Both the position numbers and the translations under genes were made by a program. A stretch of DNA of 64,000 nucleotides from Eubacteriales bacterium. Lineage in GTDB: Bacteria > Bacillota > Clostridia > Oscillospirales > CAG-272. Below are positions 26,516 to 36,520 of this stretch, in pieces (the stretch's first letter is position 1; each line of letters starts with the position of its first letter). The stretch lies in the NCBI GenBank assembly GCA_045531455.1, contig JAZSEA010000075.1, forward strand, positions 83,878 through 147,877, written 5' to 3'. The notes beneath the pieces were generated by a model. The model had not been told where the DNA came from, made no database searches, and was given only the letters and a program-made list of their open reading frames with translations.

Positions 26516-27646
26516 TCTTTGCGGCTTATAGAATTGATAGAGAAAGGCGGGAATTGTGCCGTTGTACAGTTTTCTTACTCTGTCAGCGCGTCTGCCGTAC
26601 AGGCGTTCAAAGTACTCACAAGACGTAAGAACGTATATCTGCCAGGGTTCCATATTGGCAAAGCATTTTCCAATATTTCTATAGAGAGTTTCTGCATCCT
26701 TCATACTCATCATACGTTCTCCGTAAGGTGGATTGCAGATAAGCGTTCCCTTACAATCAAACGAAGGCTTTTCTATCTTTTGAGCATCGGCAACAAAGAA
26801 TTTGATATGTTTACCGACGCCGGCACGGTCTGCGTTGGATATAGCTGTATCTATACATTCGGGATTGATATCCGAGCCGTAGCTCATATATTCCGAATCC
26901 TTAACGATCGCAGACATTGCCTCTTCTTTAGCCAAATTCCATGATGAAGTTGGAAGAAAAGCGAGTTGTTCGCCGGAGAACGCCCTATGAAGTCCGGGAG
27001 CACGCTTTGTGGCGATCAAAGCTCCTTCTATAGCGATCGTACCCGAACCGCAGAAAGGGTCCCAGAGGAAGATCTCGGGCCTTATGCGAGCTGTCATCGC
27101 CATTGCGGCTGCAAGTGTTTCTCTCAACGGTGCCGCGTTTGCTACAGGTCTGTATCCTCTCTTATGAAGTGCGATTCCTGACGTATCGATCATAAGGTAA
27201 GCCATATTCTTGAAAATAAAGAATTCGATCTTGCAGAGATCTCCGTTCTCGGGCAGATAATTAATACCGTACTTTTCGCCGAGCTTTACCGCAATAGCTT
27301 TTTTAATTATTTTCTGACAATTCGGGATCGATGTAAGTGCACTCTTTATAGAGTGACCCGATACGGGAAATGCATTATCTCGGGTAATATAATTCTGCCA
27401 ATCAAGAGCTTTGCAGCCTTCAAAGAGTTCATCGAATGTCTGCGCGGAAAAAGCTTCTCCTACGAGAACGTACACTCTTTCAGCTACTCGCAGATTTACG
27501 TTTGCGCGTGCGCAGTCAAATTCGTTTCCTGTAAAGAAAACTCTGCCATCCATTGTCAGGCTTCTTTTTAGTCCTAAAGCGTCGATCTCTTCGCCGAGAA
27601 GCTTTTCGAGACCGAACATACAAGTTGCAACGTAAGTATAATTCAT
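26513..27646 (-). CDS. THUMP-domain class I SAM-dependent RNA methyltransferase (RlmL/YpsC-like)
   Basis: N-terminal THUMP pattern (ATCMFGLEKLLGEEI...NLRVAERVY), the SAM site DPFCGSGTI and the catalytic NPPYGERM. Confidence 0.85.
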   Translation of the reverse strand: MNYTYVATCMFGLEKLLGEEIDALGLKRSLTMDGRVFFTGNEFDCARANVNLRVAERVYVLVGEAFSAQTFDELFEGCKALDWQNYITRDNAFPVSGHSIKSALTSIPNCQKIIKKAIAVKLGEKYGINYLPENGDLCKIEFFIFKNMAYLMIDTSGIALHKRGYRPVANAAPLRETLAAAMAMTARIRPEIFLWDPFCGSGTIAIEGALIATKRAPGLHRAFSGEQLAFLPTSSWNLAKEEAMSAIVKDSEYMSYGSDINPECIDTAISNADRAGVGKHIKFFVADAQKIEKPSFDCKGTLICNPPYGERMMSMKDAETLYRNIGKCFANMEPWQIYVLTSCEYFERLYGRRADRVRKLYNGTIPAFLYQFYKPQR

Positions 27647-27649
27647 AAT

Positions 27650-28513
27650 TTACAGAGCCTCAAGATTTCTTAGAGTTTCGAGAGCATATCTTGCACCTGC
27701 ATCCTTTAATGCGTCGGGTGCGGAGTTGTTGATTCCGATCTCGAGATTTAGTACGCCGGGATAGTTGATCTCACGGAGCGCCTTCATAACTGTCTCCCAT
27801 TTTACGTTTCCTGAGAAGGGTGCGAGATGAAGGTCATCCTTACCGAGATTGTCATTAATATGCGTGCAATGGAGTCTGTGACCAAGCTTGAGAATGGCTT
27901 CGTACTGGTCATCATATACCATATTGGCGTGACCTGTATCCAGACACGCGCCGATTCTATCATCAGCATACGAATCTATGAGATGAACGAGCTGATCAAC
28001 GTAGGTGCAGTAACCTGCGCATTTACCTAATACCATATTTTCGTATGCAATACTAACGTTACGGTCAAGCGCATATTCAATATATCTGTCATTTTCTTCG
28101 TGATTGACCATACAGCATTCATCGTCTGAAAGTCCGCTGTCTCTGAGTGTTTCGGGATGAATTACACCCCACGGAATTCCGAGAAAGGACGCAACATCTA
28201 TTGCACGGTAGAACATTTCGTAATAATATTCAAGGTCTTCGGGAGTATGGCACTTTACCTTTTTTCCTTTGAAAGGCAGATGACATTGAGCAAGCTCGAT
28301 TCCTGTATCTTCAGCCGCAAGTGCGATCAATTCGGCTTCCTTTTTCCAATCATCGGTATGCAGACGAAGTGTTTTATTGCAAACCATTACGAGATTGATA
28401 TCCGTCGCATCAAATCCCGCAGCCGCAATTCGCCTGACTGCTTCGTGTATCGCCATTTTTTCCGCAGAACCGCGAATATCTCTGTACAAGAGGGTCATTC
28501 CGCAAAGCTTCAT
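27650..28513 (-). CDS. Sugar phosphate isomerase/epimerase (xylose-isomerase-like TIM barrel)
   Basis: Pattern ...YENM..., DTGHAN and LHLAPF...LNLEI is typical of the AP_endonuc_2/TIM family. GGAGG lies 8 nt before the ATG at 28513; the ORF-track TTG start at 28528 sits inside the RBS. Confidence 0.75.
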   Translation of the reverse strand: MKLCGMTLLYRDIRGSAEKMAIHEAVRRIAAAGFDATDINLVMVCNKTLRLHTDDWKKEAELIALAAEDTGIELAQCHLPFKGKKVKCHTPEDLEYYYEMFYRAIDVASFLGIPWGVIHPETLRDSGLSDDECCMVNHEENDRYIEYALDRNVSIAYENMVLGKCAGYCTYVDQLVHLIDSYADDRIGACLDTGHANMVYDDQYEAILKLGHRLHCTHINDNLGKDDLHLAPFSGNVKWETVMKALREINYPGVLNLEIGINNSAPDALKDAGARYALETLRNLEAL

Positions 28514-28601
28514 ATTAATAACCTCCAAAACAATATAACATTATTATACAATAAAAGACAACTTTTATCAAGTGGAAATCAAATAAAATCTCTCCTTGAT
28601 C

Positions 28602-28630
28602 TTGAATTATGGCATTAATTGTGATATAAT
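28602..28630 (+). promoter_or_regulatory. Promoter of the aminopeptidase gene (TTGAAT-17-TGaTATAAT)
   Basis: TTGAAT at 28602..28607 and an extended -10 TGATATAAT ending at 28630. Confidence 0.6.
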
Positions 28631-28663
28631 TTTCTATAATAATCTCACTTAAGGAGAATCGTA

Positions 28664-29893
28664 ATGAAAAAAACGGTATTAAGAAAATATGCAAAGCTTA
28701 TCGCAGTTAAGGGCGCCAACGTGCAGAAGGGTCAGGAGGTTATGATCAGCGCGTCTGTCGAGAACCCAGAATTTGTAAAAATGCTTGTTGAAGAATGTTA
28801 CAAGGCAGGCGCAGGAAAAGTCATCGTTGAATGGTCATATCAGCCGCTTACAAAGGTCAACTACAGATACAGAAGCCTCAAGACTCTTTCGAAGATCGAG
28901 GATTGGGAGATCGCAAGGCTCGAGCACCGTGCAACCAAGCTTCCCGTAATGATCTACCTTGAGTCCGAGGATCCCGACGGACTTGCAGGCATAAATCAGA
29001 TGAAAATGGCTAAGTCTCAGCAGGCAATTTACCCGATTGTAAAGCCCTACCGTGACAGAATGGAGAACAGATATCAGTGGTGCATCGCTGCTATCCCAGG
29101 AGAGAAATGGGCAAGGAAAATGTTCCCGGGTGAAAAGAAGAACGCCGCGATCGAAAAGCTTTGGGAAGCGATTCTTTATACTTCGAGAGCTGACGGCGAA
29201 GATCCCGTTCAGGCCTGGGTCGATCACAATGAGGATCTTTCAAACAGATGCAATTATCTCAACTCTCTTGTTATCAAGGAGCTTCATTATACCTCATCCA
29301 ACGGAACAGATTTCAAGGTAGGAATGATGCCTAACGCGCTGTTCCTTGGTGGAAGTGAGGATGCGCTCGGCTCGGGCATTGAATTCAATCCGAATATTCC
29401 CTCCGAAGAATGCTTTACAACTCCCATGAGAGGACTCGCAGAGGGTATAGTTTATGCAACCCGTCCGCTTTCCTACAGAGGTGAGCTGATCGAAAACTTC
29501 AGCATTCGTTTTGAAGGCGGCAAAGCAGTTGAGGTAAAGGCAGAGAAGAACGAGGATCTTCTCAAGCAGATGGTTTCTATGGACGAAGGTGCCGCATATC
29601 TTGGCGAAGTTGCGCTCGTTCCTTATGACTCTCCTATCAGAAACTCCGAGCTCACCTTCTATAACACTCTGTTTGATGAAAACGCTTGCTGTCACCTTGC
29701 TCTCGGTATGGGATTTGCAAACTGCGTTAAGGATTACGGCAACTACACGCTTGAAGAGTGCAGAGAAATGGGAGTAAACGATTCTATGATCCACGTGGAC
29801 TTTATGATAGGTTCCGAGGATCTTTGCATCGATGCTATTTGCGAAAACGGAACCACCGTTCCCGTATTCAGAAACGGAAATTGGGCATTTTAA
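28664..29893 (+). CDS. M29 family aminopeptidase (AmpS/PepS-like)
   Basis: The N-terminus LRKYAKLIAVKGANVQKGQEV and the 409-aa size are typical of thermophilic-metalloprotease M29 aminopeptidases. AAGGAG RBS. Confidence 0.8.
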   Translation: MKKTVLRKYAKLIAVKGANVQKGQEVMISASVENPEFVKMLVEECYKAGAGKVIVEWSYQPLTKVNYRYRSLKTLSKIEDWEIARLEHRATKLPVMIYLESEDPDGLAGINQMKMAKSQQAIYPIVKPYRDRMENRYQWCIAAIPGEKWARKMFPGEKKNAAIEKLWEAILYTSRADGEDPVQAWVDHNEDLSNRCNYLNSLVIKELHYTSSNGTDFKVGMMPNALFLGGSEDALGSGIEFNPNIPSEECFTTPMRGLAEGIVYATRPLSYRGELIENFSIRFEGGKAVEVKAEKNEDLLKQMVSMDEGAAYLGEVALVPYDSPIRNSELTFYNTLFDENACCHLALGMGFANCVKDYGNYTLEECREMGVNDSMIHVDFMIGSEDLCIDAICENGTTVPVFRNGNWAF

Positions 29894-29900
29894 TGTAAAG

Positions 29901-29927
29901 AAAGAGGCGCAAAACGCGCCTCTTTTT
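29901..29927. terminator. Bidirectional hairpin terminator
   Basis: GAGGCGC-AAAAC-GCGCCTC flanked by AAA and TTTTT, between convergent stop codons. Confidence 0.8.
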
Positions 29928-30885
29928 AATTGAAATAATCGTCAAATATTCTTTGAAGCTCTGCATCTACCCGTTCTTGATCGATAATATACGAAATACC
30001 GTGTGCGGCTCCGGGCACTGTAATCAATTGTTTTTCACTCGCGCAGGCTGCGAAATTATCAAGAGAGTTCTGAGTTACAACAAAATAATCCGCTTCGCCG
30101 TGGATGAAAGTTACAGGTGCCGGAAGGTGCTTGACTGCCTCGAGCGTAGAAAATTCATCAAAAGAAAATCCTGCACGATCGCGGCAAATATAATCAGCGA
30201 TATTTAAAATAGGGAAGGGCGGCAGATGATACCACTGCTTAAACACATCAGTAAAGATTCTTCGCGGCGTTGTATATCCGCAATCGGCAGTAATATAGTT
30301 CAGCTTTATCATATCGGGTTCAGCGGCAGCAAGAAGCACGGTGGTTGCTCCCATAGAAACACCGCTCAGAATGAACTGACACTTGTTGCCTGTATAATCA
30401 TCAACGTATTTGCACCAATCGACAATATCATATCTTTCAAAAGCACCGAAAGTAATATAGTTACCTTCACTCTGACAATGAGCACGCTGATCGGGGAGAA
30501 AGAGCGAAAATCCGTTTTTATAATAGAATTTAGCGGCAGCGGAAAAATCTATTGAAGGTGTTCCTTGGTATCCGTGAACCATAACTGCTACTCTGTTTGA
30601 ATCGGAATCAACATTTCTTATGAAAATACCGTGTAGCTTCAATCCGTCTCGTGAGGTTATGTAATGGTGCTCGGCTTCCTGAGATAACATCCAGGCTTTG
30701 CCGCTTCTTATAACGTCTGCATTGCCTCCTCCTTTTTCAATAAGCCTGATCGTCTTTTCGGCATTATCCTCGGGCGACTTTGCACGCGTAAAGCAAAGAT
30801 TGAATACGATTAATGCAAAGAAACCACAAGCAGACAGGAGAATGAGAAAAACTCCGGCAATCAAAAGAATAACATTAATTATCAT
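29926..30885 (-). CDS. Membrane-anchored alpha/beta hydrolase
   Basis: N-terminal TM helix, HGYQG and the nucleophile elbow GVSMGA. GGAG lies 6 nt before the ATG at 30885. The ORF-track start at 30945 lies inside the gene's own promoter (TTGACA-17-TAAAAT, 30917..30945). Confidence 0.78.
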   Translation of the reverse strand: MIINVILLIAGVFLILLSACGFFALIVFNLCFTRAKSPEDNAEKTIRLIEKGGGNADVIRSGKAWMLSQEAEHHYITSRDGLKLHGIFIRNVDSDSNRVAVMVHGYQGTPSIDFSAAAKFYYKNGFSLFLPDQRAHCQSEGNYITFGAFERYDIVDWCKYVDDYTGNKCQFILSGVSMGATTVLLAAAEPDMIKLNYITADCGYTTPRRIFTDVFKQWYHLPPFPILNIADYICRDRAGFSFDEFSTLEAVKHLPAPVTFIHGEADYFVVTQNSLDNFAACASEKQLITVPGAAHGISYIIDQERVDAELQRIFDDYFN

Positions 30886-30916
30886 TGTTTTCTCCAGAAT
30901 ACATTTGATAAATGAT

Positions 30917-30945
30917 ATTTTATCACTAAATTGTCGGTTTGTCAA
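30917..30945 (-). promoter_or_regulatory. Promoter of the alpha/beta hydrolase gene
   Basis: Minus-strand TTGACA (30945..30940), a 17-nt spacer, then TAAAAT (30922..30917). Confidence 0.6.
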
Positions 30946-30957
30946 GTAAAAGATGTA

Positions 30958-30986
30958 TTGACAATCCGAGAAAAGAGTGGTATACT
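30958..30986 (+). promoter_or_regulatory. Promoter of the metallophosphoesterase gene (TTGACA-17-TATACT)
   Basis: TTGACA at 30958..30963 and TATACT at 30981..30986, divergent from the hydrolase promoter. Confidence 0.65.
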
Positions 30987-31014
30987 TATCACATAATCAT
31001 TAAAGGAGGACGCT

Positions 31015-32118
31015 ATGAGTAATTATCCCGAAATTTTCATGACATATCCGTCCGTTTACGCTGTTGCGGACAGATATATTATCATCGTGCCCGTAAAGGA
31101 GCATTGCACAATGTGGGCGAAAGTCGGAGACCGCGAGTACTTTGACGATTCAAACGGTATCCTCAGAACAGCATCGCTCACTCACAAGGTGGAGGTCCCC
31201 GCAGCTGCTTTGAATGAAGCAAAATCTTATACTCTATATTTCAGAAAGGTAATCGAAAGAAAGCCTTATTTTTCCGAACTTTCCGATGTAGAGGAGTTTT
31301 CTTGCGAATTCAGACCTCTTCCCGAAGACAACATCAGAATCTTCCATATTGCCGATGCTCATAACAGAGTAGATGGCCCCGTAACTGCCGCAAAGAAAGC
31401 AGGAGAACACGACCTTCTCGTTCTCAACGGTGATATTCCCAATCATTCAGGAGATATCAAATATTTCTCAGCAATTCATTGCATAGCCGGTCAGATCACC
31501 GAGGGTAAATACCCCGTAATTTTCTCCCGTGGCAACCACGACATGCGCGGCATTTACGCTGAAAATATAGCCGATCACACCCCAACCGACAACGGTAAAT
31601 CATACTATACAGTAAAGCTCGGTCCGATCTGGGCAGTCCTGCTTGATTGCGGCGAAGATAAGCCCGATGGAAACGCCGAATACGGACATACAATTTGCTG
31701 TGCAGATTTCCGTCAGCGTCAGTCCGAGTTCCTTGAAGCGTTAGTTAACGCTTCAGAAAAAGAGTATCTCGAAGAGCAGGTAAAATACCGCTTGGTAATA
31801 TCTCACATACCTTTCAGTATGCATTTCAATCCTCCCTTTAATATAGAAGAGGACAGATACACCGACTGGTGCAATACAATCAAATCCGAAATCAAGCCCA
31901 ATCTTATGCTTGCGGGTCATATTCACAACTGTAAGATCGTTACCCCTGAGGATGATCCGAGACACCCCTGCACGGTTGTTTCGGCCTCCAAGCCCTTTAA
32001 GGGATCCGAGAACATAGTTTGCGGTGCTATTACTTTAAATCAGGGTATCGCAAATGTAAAATTCATCGACTCGGAAGGTGAGATTTCCGGTGAGTATACT
32101 TTTTCTGTAGTAGAATAA
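31015..32118 (+). CDS. Calcineurin-like metallophosphoesterase
   Basis: Motifs IADAHN (DxH), NGDIPNH (GD), SRGNHD (GNHD) and AGHIH. AAAGGAGG RBS. Confidence 0.8.
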   Translation: MSNYPEIFMTYPSVYAVADRYIIIVPVKEHCTMWAKVGDREYFDDSNGILRTASLTHKVEVPAAALNEAKSYTLYFRKVIERKPYFSELSDVEEFSCEFRPLPEDNIRIFHIADAHNRVDGPVTAAKKAGEHDLLVLNGDIPNHSGDIKYFSAIHCIAGQITEGKYPVIFSRGNHDMRGIYAENIADHTPTDNGKSYYTVKLGPIWAVLLDCGEDKPDGNAEYGHTICCADFRQRQSEFLEALVNASEKEYLEEQVKYRLVISHIPFSMHFNPPFNIEEDRYTDWCNTIKSEIKPNLMLAGHIHNCKIVTPEDDPRHPCTVVSASKPFKGSENIVCGAITLNQGIANVKFIDSEGEISGEYTFSVVE

Positions 32119-32169
32119 TTATTCGAAATCCATCATATCTTTGATCAAACCCAAAATCGGAGATATGGT

Positions 32170-32556
32170 ATGAAGCTTACACAGCATAGAGAATCGTTTT
32201 GCGCATTTGACGGAAAGACTATCCTTAGGATCAATATTGACTTTCCCTATGATGTTATTGACACTGCATCCTCGTATATCGAAGAGTATTCGAATTGTTG
32301 TTTATCTTTTGCCAAGGAAATACTATTTGAACATTTCGCAAGAGAATACAATAATTACTTTTCGATATCTAAGAGATTTACTCCTTATCTCTATAGCGTT
32401 TCTGTAAGAGAAGACGCTGAAGGAGATATTATATATCTTTCTATCAGCGCCACGTTAAGCAGAAGCGGACAAACGATATCAGCGTGCAAGAAAAATGTGA
32501 CAATTTGCAACAACTACATATTATTTCATAAGCATAAAAAGCATCCCGCACGTTAG
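32170..32556 (+). CDS. Hypothetical protein (128 aa)
   Basis: ORF with GGAG 7 nt upstream of the ATG, ending inside a strong terminator hairpin. No motif recognised. Confidence 0.5.
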   Translation: MKLTQHRESFCAFDGKTILRINIDFPYDVIDTASSYIEEYSNCCLSFAKEILFEHFAREYNNYFSISKRFTPYLYSVSVREDAEGDIIYLSISATLSRSGQTISACKKNVTICNNYILFHKHKKHPAR

Positions 32557-32576
32557 TGCGGGATGCTTCATTTTAT
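32539..32576. terminator. Bidirectional hairpin terminator
   Basis: 13-bp stem AAGCATCCCGCAC/GTGCGGGATGCTT with loop GTTA, then CATTTTATT. Confidence 0.85.
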
Positions 32577-33868
32577 TCTTCTTCCTCGTCTTCGGAAACA
32601 ATCTCTCCGACTAAAACGTGAAGTTTAGTTACAAGTATACCGTCTTCCATTTCGGTAACGGTTATGGTAAGATGTTCAAACGTAAAGCTGTCTCCTACGT
32701 GAGGATCGGAATCAAGGCTTTCGACAGCCCAACCGCCGACTGTGGAGTATTCACATTCAAAGTTCTTCGGATGGAAATCAAGCTCATAGAAGAAGTCTCC
32801 GATACTCATTTCGCCGAGGATCTCATATTCATTTGATGTCTTCTGCGTAAACTCAGATACGATTTCATCAGATTCGTCCCAAATATCACCAACGATCTCC
32901 TCAAGGATATCTTCGATGGTTACTACACCAAGAGTACCGCCGAATTCATCGATAACGATGGCAAGGTGGATCTGTTTTTCTCTCATCTGCTTGAGAGCAG
33001 CAGGAAGCTTGAGCGTCTTGTGCATATAGCAAGGTTCAAGAAGCATAGACTCAATGTCAATGGGCTTGCCGTCAACAGCTTCCTTATAATACTGATTGAG
33101 ATGAAGCACGCCGATAATATCGTCGATACTGTCACGGTAAACGGGAAGTCTTGAGAATGTTGAGTTTTCGATCGTCTCTTTGATCTCGTCGAAATCATCA
33201 TCGAGGTCAATGGTAAGCAAATCGATTCGAGGAGTCATTATCTCCTCAACGGTAGTGTCAGAGAACTCAAGCGACGACTGAAGAAGGTCGCTTTGCTCCT
33301 CATCGATTACTCCTTCCTTTTCGACGGTATCGATAATGGAAGAAAGCTCATCCTCGGTAAACTCGGGAGCGCCGTCAGAATCCTTACCCCAAAGCTTTCT
33401 GAGAAGATTCATAAGAAGCATAACAATAAATACTATGGGGTAGAGAATATAAGTAAGTATCTGCATAGGCCATGCTGTAATCTTACAGAGCAAGTTTGCA
33501 TGCTGCTTTGCTACGATCTTGGGCACAATCTCTCCACAAATGAGGACGATGATCGTAAGAACAGCGGTATTAACAACGGATGCAATAGCTTCGCCGCCAC
33601 TGATGTTTGCGAAAAGCTGCATAAATACTGCGGTACCGCAAGCAGACGCTGCAATATTTACTACGTTGTTGCCTATAAGAATTGTACAAAGGGTATTGGC
33701 GAAGTTTTCACTGATCATGTAAGCAAGCTTTGCCGATTTAGAGCCTTTTTCCTCTGCCTCTCTGCGCAAATGCATATTGTTGGCGGTATTAAAAGCAGCT
33801 TCGGTTCCGGAGAAGCAAGCAGAAAGAACAACCATCACAAAAATTATAACAATATATGCGCCAATCAT
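32573..33868 (-). CDS. CNNM/CorB-type hemolysin-family transporter (DUF21 + CBS pair + CorC_HlyC domain)
   Basis: TM DUF21 region (GEIVPK), a CBS pair, EDILEEIVGDIWDESDE, and about 95 further aa of transporter-associated domain. Its ATG overlaps the upstream paralogue's stop (ATGA). Confidence 0.88.
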   Translation of the reverse strand: MIGAYIVIIFVMVVLSACFSGTEAAFNTANNMHLRREAEEKGSKSAKLAYMISENFANTLCTILIGNNVVNIAASACGTAVFMQLFANISGGEAIASVVNTAVLTIIVLICGEIVPKIVAKQHANLLCKITAWPMQILTYILYPIVFIVMLLMNLLRKLWGKDSDGAPEFTEDELSSIIDTVEKEGVIDEEQSDLLQSSLEFSDTTVEEIMTPRIDLLTIDLDDDFDEIKETIENSTFSRLPVYRDSIDDIIGVLHLNQYYKEAVDGKPIDIESMLLEPCYMHKTLKLPAALKQMREKQIHLAIVIDEFGGTLGVVTIEDILEEIVGDIWDESDEIVSEFTQKTSNEYEILGEMSIGDFFYELDFHPKNFECEYSTVGGWAVESLDSDPHVGDSFTFEHLTITVTEMEDGILVTKLHVLVGEIVSEDEEEE

Positions 33869-34905
33869 CTCTCCACCTCCGTAACGGTAGCAGAGGCCTC
33901 GACTTCATCCTCTTCGTCCCAGATCTCGCCAACGAGCTCTTCAAGGAAGTCCTCGATAGTTACAAGTCCCTGGACCTTATTAGTGTCGTCTCGGACAATT
34001 GCTATGTATTTTCTGTGATTTCGCATATTATCAAGAAGATCCTGAATTTCATCGGTAGTTCTGACATAATGCGGTTTGATTAATATGGAACGAATATCGA
34101 AGTTCTTGTTAGCCATATACTCGCGGAGGAACGCTCTCGTAGACACAATACCGACGATGTGGTCGATACTGCCGTTTGTAACGGGCATTCTGGAATACTG
34201 ACTGTTCTTCAAAACATTGATGATCTCTTTATACGAAAGATTTATATCGATAGAATCGATCTTATCACGAGGAGTCATAACATCTGCGGCTGTTTTATCG
34301 GGGAATTCAAGAACCGAAAGCAACAGATCGGACTGCTCCTCGTCAACAACACCTTGTTCTTCCGCCTTCTCAATAATCTCGATAAGGTCCTCTTCGGTAA
34401 TAGAAGGAACGTTTTCTGCTTTAAATAGCTTTGTTATACCGTTTGAAATCAGAGAGAAGAGAAATACGAAGGGTTTCAGAATTGTCATAATGACACGAAG
34501 AATTGAGCCGCTGAAAAGTGCCGTGGTATCAGGTCTGTCGTTGGCAAACGTCTTGGGGATCATTTCTCCGAAAATAAAGACAATTACTGTTGTGACTAAT
34601 GTTGTAATAGCGGGCAAGCTTTCGGGATCTGCATCCTTGAGTATTTTAGCCATAATCAAGGTTGCGATCGAAGATGCTCCGATATTTACGATATTGTTTC
34701 CAATTAAAATTGCGGTGAGCGCTTTATTGTGATTGTTTGAAATGTAGATTGCGTTCTTGGCTTTCTTATCGCCATCGTCGGCGCGATTCTTGATTCGGAT
34801 CTTGTTCATACGGGCAAAGCCGCTCTCCGAACCCGAGAAGTAAGCGCTGAAGATTACGCAAACTACAAATAAGACTACCAACAATAATAAACTGCCATCG
34901 TCCAT
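33865..34905 (-). CDS. CNNM/DUF21 + CBS-pair protein lacking the C-terminal CorC_HlyC domain
   Basis: Paralogue of the downstream gene (GEMIPK, CBS pair, EDFLEELVGEIWDEEDE), but it terminates 14 aa after that motif. The likely start is the MDDGS Met at 34905; the ORF-track start at 34980 adds 25 AT-rich codons. Confidence 0.8.
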   Translation of the reverse strand: MDDGSLLLLVVLFVVCVIFSAYFSGSESGFARMNKIRIKNRADDGDKKAKNAIYISNNHNKALTAILIGNNIVNIGASSIATLIMAKILKDADPESLPAITTLVTTVIVFIFGEMIPKTFANDRPDTTALFSGSILRVIMTILKPFVFLFSLISNGITKLFKAENVPSITEEDLIEIIEKAEEQGVVDEEQSDLLLSVLEFPDKTAADVMTPRDKIDSIDINLSYKEIINVLKNSQYSRMPVTNGSIDHIVGIVSTRAFLREYMANKNFDIRSILIKPHYVRTTDEIQDLLDNMRNHRKYIAIVRDDTNKVQGLVTIEDFLEELVGEIWDEEDEVEASATVTEVER

Positions 34906-35081
34906 GATGAAATAAAAGATCTCCTTTTCTTTATTTATTTTATATTTATGTATTATACAATATTTTGCATAGAAAGTCAATAGATTTCCATTAAAATATC
35001 AAATAATTGCTTCTATTTGTCTTTTTTATTGTTCAATAATTACAGTTCGTCACTAAATCTCTTCCGAATTCGATTTATCTA

Positions 35082-35110
35082 TTGACTTTTTTACTTTTTT
35101 GTTGTATTAT
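35082..35110 (+). promoter_or_regulatory. Candidate promoter of the murT-like operon (TTGACT-17-TATTAT)
   Basis: TTGACT at 35082..35087 and TATTAT at 35105..35110, with an overlapping TATAAT at 35108..35113. Confidence 0.5.
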
Positions 35111-35128
35111 AATATATTATAATATTTA

Positions 35129-36520
35129 TTGGAACGGTGCCAAACATTGAGAAAAATTCGATTTATTATAGCAATGCTTGCGGGCAAAGCAGCTTTGTTT
35201 CTACTAAAACTTTTGAAGCGTACAGCTTCGTATACGCCGGGATACGTAGCCCTGAAGATTTATCCCGATTTTCTCGGATCACTCCAAATGCCAAAAAAAG
35301 TCATTTGCGTAACCGGAACTAACGGAAAAACAACAACGAGCAATCTTCTCGCAGACGTGCTGAGAGATTGCGGATACTCTGTTACAAACAATAGCGCGGG
35401 CTCAAACGTACAGGCAGGTGTCGCTACAGCGCTTCTTGCCGACGCAACTATATCTGGCAAGCCGACAAAGAAAATTGCCGTTCTCGAGGTCGACGAGAGA
35501 AGTTCTATCAAAGTATATTCTTATATCTCCCCCGATTATCTTGTTTGCAACAATATTATGAGAGATTCTCTCAAGAGAAACGCTCATACCGATTTTATCG
35601 TTTATATCATAAATAAGGCTCTTTCTCCAAACACTCACATCATTCTTAACGCAGACGATCTTATTTGCTGCTCTGTTGCAGAAGCTAATGTCAAAAAGAC
35701 TTACTTTGGTATGGATGCAAACAAACCGCTGACATGGGATACGAACGCTCCGCGAGATATTTATTACTGTCCAATCTGCGGCAATAAGCTTGAGCCCGAG
35801 TATATCAGATATAATCACATCGGAAGATTCGAGTGTACGGGATGTGATTTCGCTTCTCCCAAACGTGATTATACCGTTACCGCAATCGACGTAGAACACA
35901 GCACATTTACCGTAGAACACAAAGGACAAGCTCACGATTACAAGCTCGTCAACGATAATATTGTTAACGTATACAACTGTTGCGGTGCAATTGCAGTCCT
36001 CTCTGAATTCGGGCTATCTTACGAACAGATCTCCGGTGCGTTGCAGAAGCAGAAGATCGTTAAATCAAGATTCGATACTCTTACCGCAGGAAAGCTCAAT
36101 ATCACTATGCAGCTCGCCAAAGGACAAAATCCGATCGCTTGCGCAAGAGCTTACAGCTACGTTACCGGTTGCCCTGCCGAGAAGAAGTCTCTGCTGATTA
36201 TGGTCGACGATAAGTCGGACAACAACGGCAATTCCGAAAGCGTTTGCTGGATCTATGACTGTGACTACAGCGCGCTAACCAATGACAGCGTCGGAGAGAT
36301 CATATTCTCGGGACCTCGCTGCAGAGACCAGAAGCTTCGTGCCTTGATGGCAGGGGTAGATCCTTCAAAAATCAAAACAGCAGACACCTTCACAGGTGGA
36401 GTTCATCTTGTCGACACAGAAAAGTATAATGATATTTTCGTTCTGTATGATCCTTATCTGCTCGCGGAAGCAAACTATACAAAGAACGAGCTCATCCGCA
36501 AAGGAGGAGAAAAGGTATGA
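35129..36520 (+). CDS. murT: MurT-like Mur-ligase-family protein (lipid II isoglutaminyl synthase ligase-subunit homologue)
   Basis: P-loop GTNGKTTT, LEVDE, LNADD, the Cys4 ribbon CPICGNKL...CTGCDF and a C-terminal ...VCWIYDCDY region, colinear with S. aureus MurT by eye. The start is uncertain: TTG at 35129 or TTG at 35147. Confidence 0.75.
   Translation: MERCQTLRKIRFIIAMLAGKAALFLLKLLKRTASYTPGYVALKIYPDFLGSLQMPKKVICVTGTNGKTTTSNLLADVLRDCGYSVTNNSAGSNVQAGVATALLADATISGKPTKKIAVLEVDERSSIKVYSYISPDYLVCNNIMRDSLKRNAHTDFIVYIINKALSPNTHIILNADDLICCSVAEANVKKTYFGMDANKPLTWDTNAPRDIYYCPICGNKLEPEYIRYNHIGRFECTGCDFASPKRDYTVTAIDVEHSTFTVEHKGQAHDYKLVNDNIVNVYNCCGAIAVLSEFGLSYEQISGALQKQKIVKSRFDTLTAGKLNITMQLAKGQNPIACARAYSYVTGCPAEKKSLLIMVDDKSDNNGNSESVCWIYDCDYSALTNDSVGEIIFSGPRCRDQKLRALMAGVDPSKIKTADTFTGGVHLVDTEKYNDIFVLYDPYLLAEANYTKNELIRKGGEKV

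Noticed and set aside
26483-26944. A 153-aa plus-strand ORF, with other 60-190-aa ORFs scattered inside annotated genes throughout the window.
   Set aside because: They are antisense or out of frame within genes that have strong family motifs. They have no RBS and no recognisable motifs.
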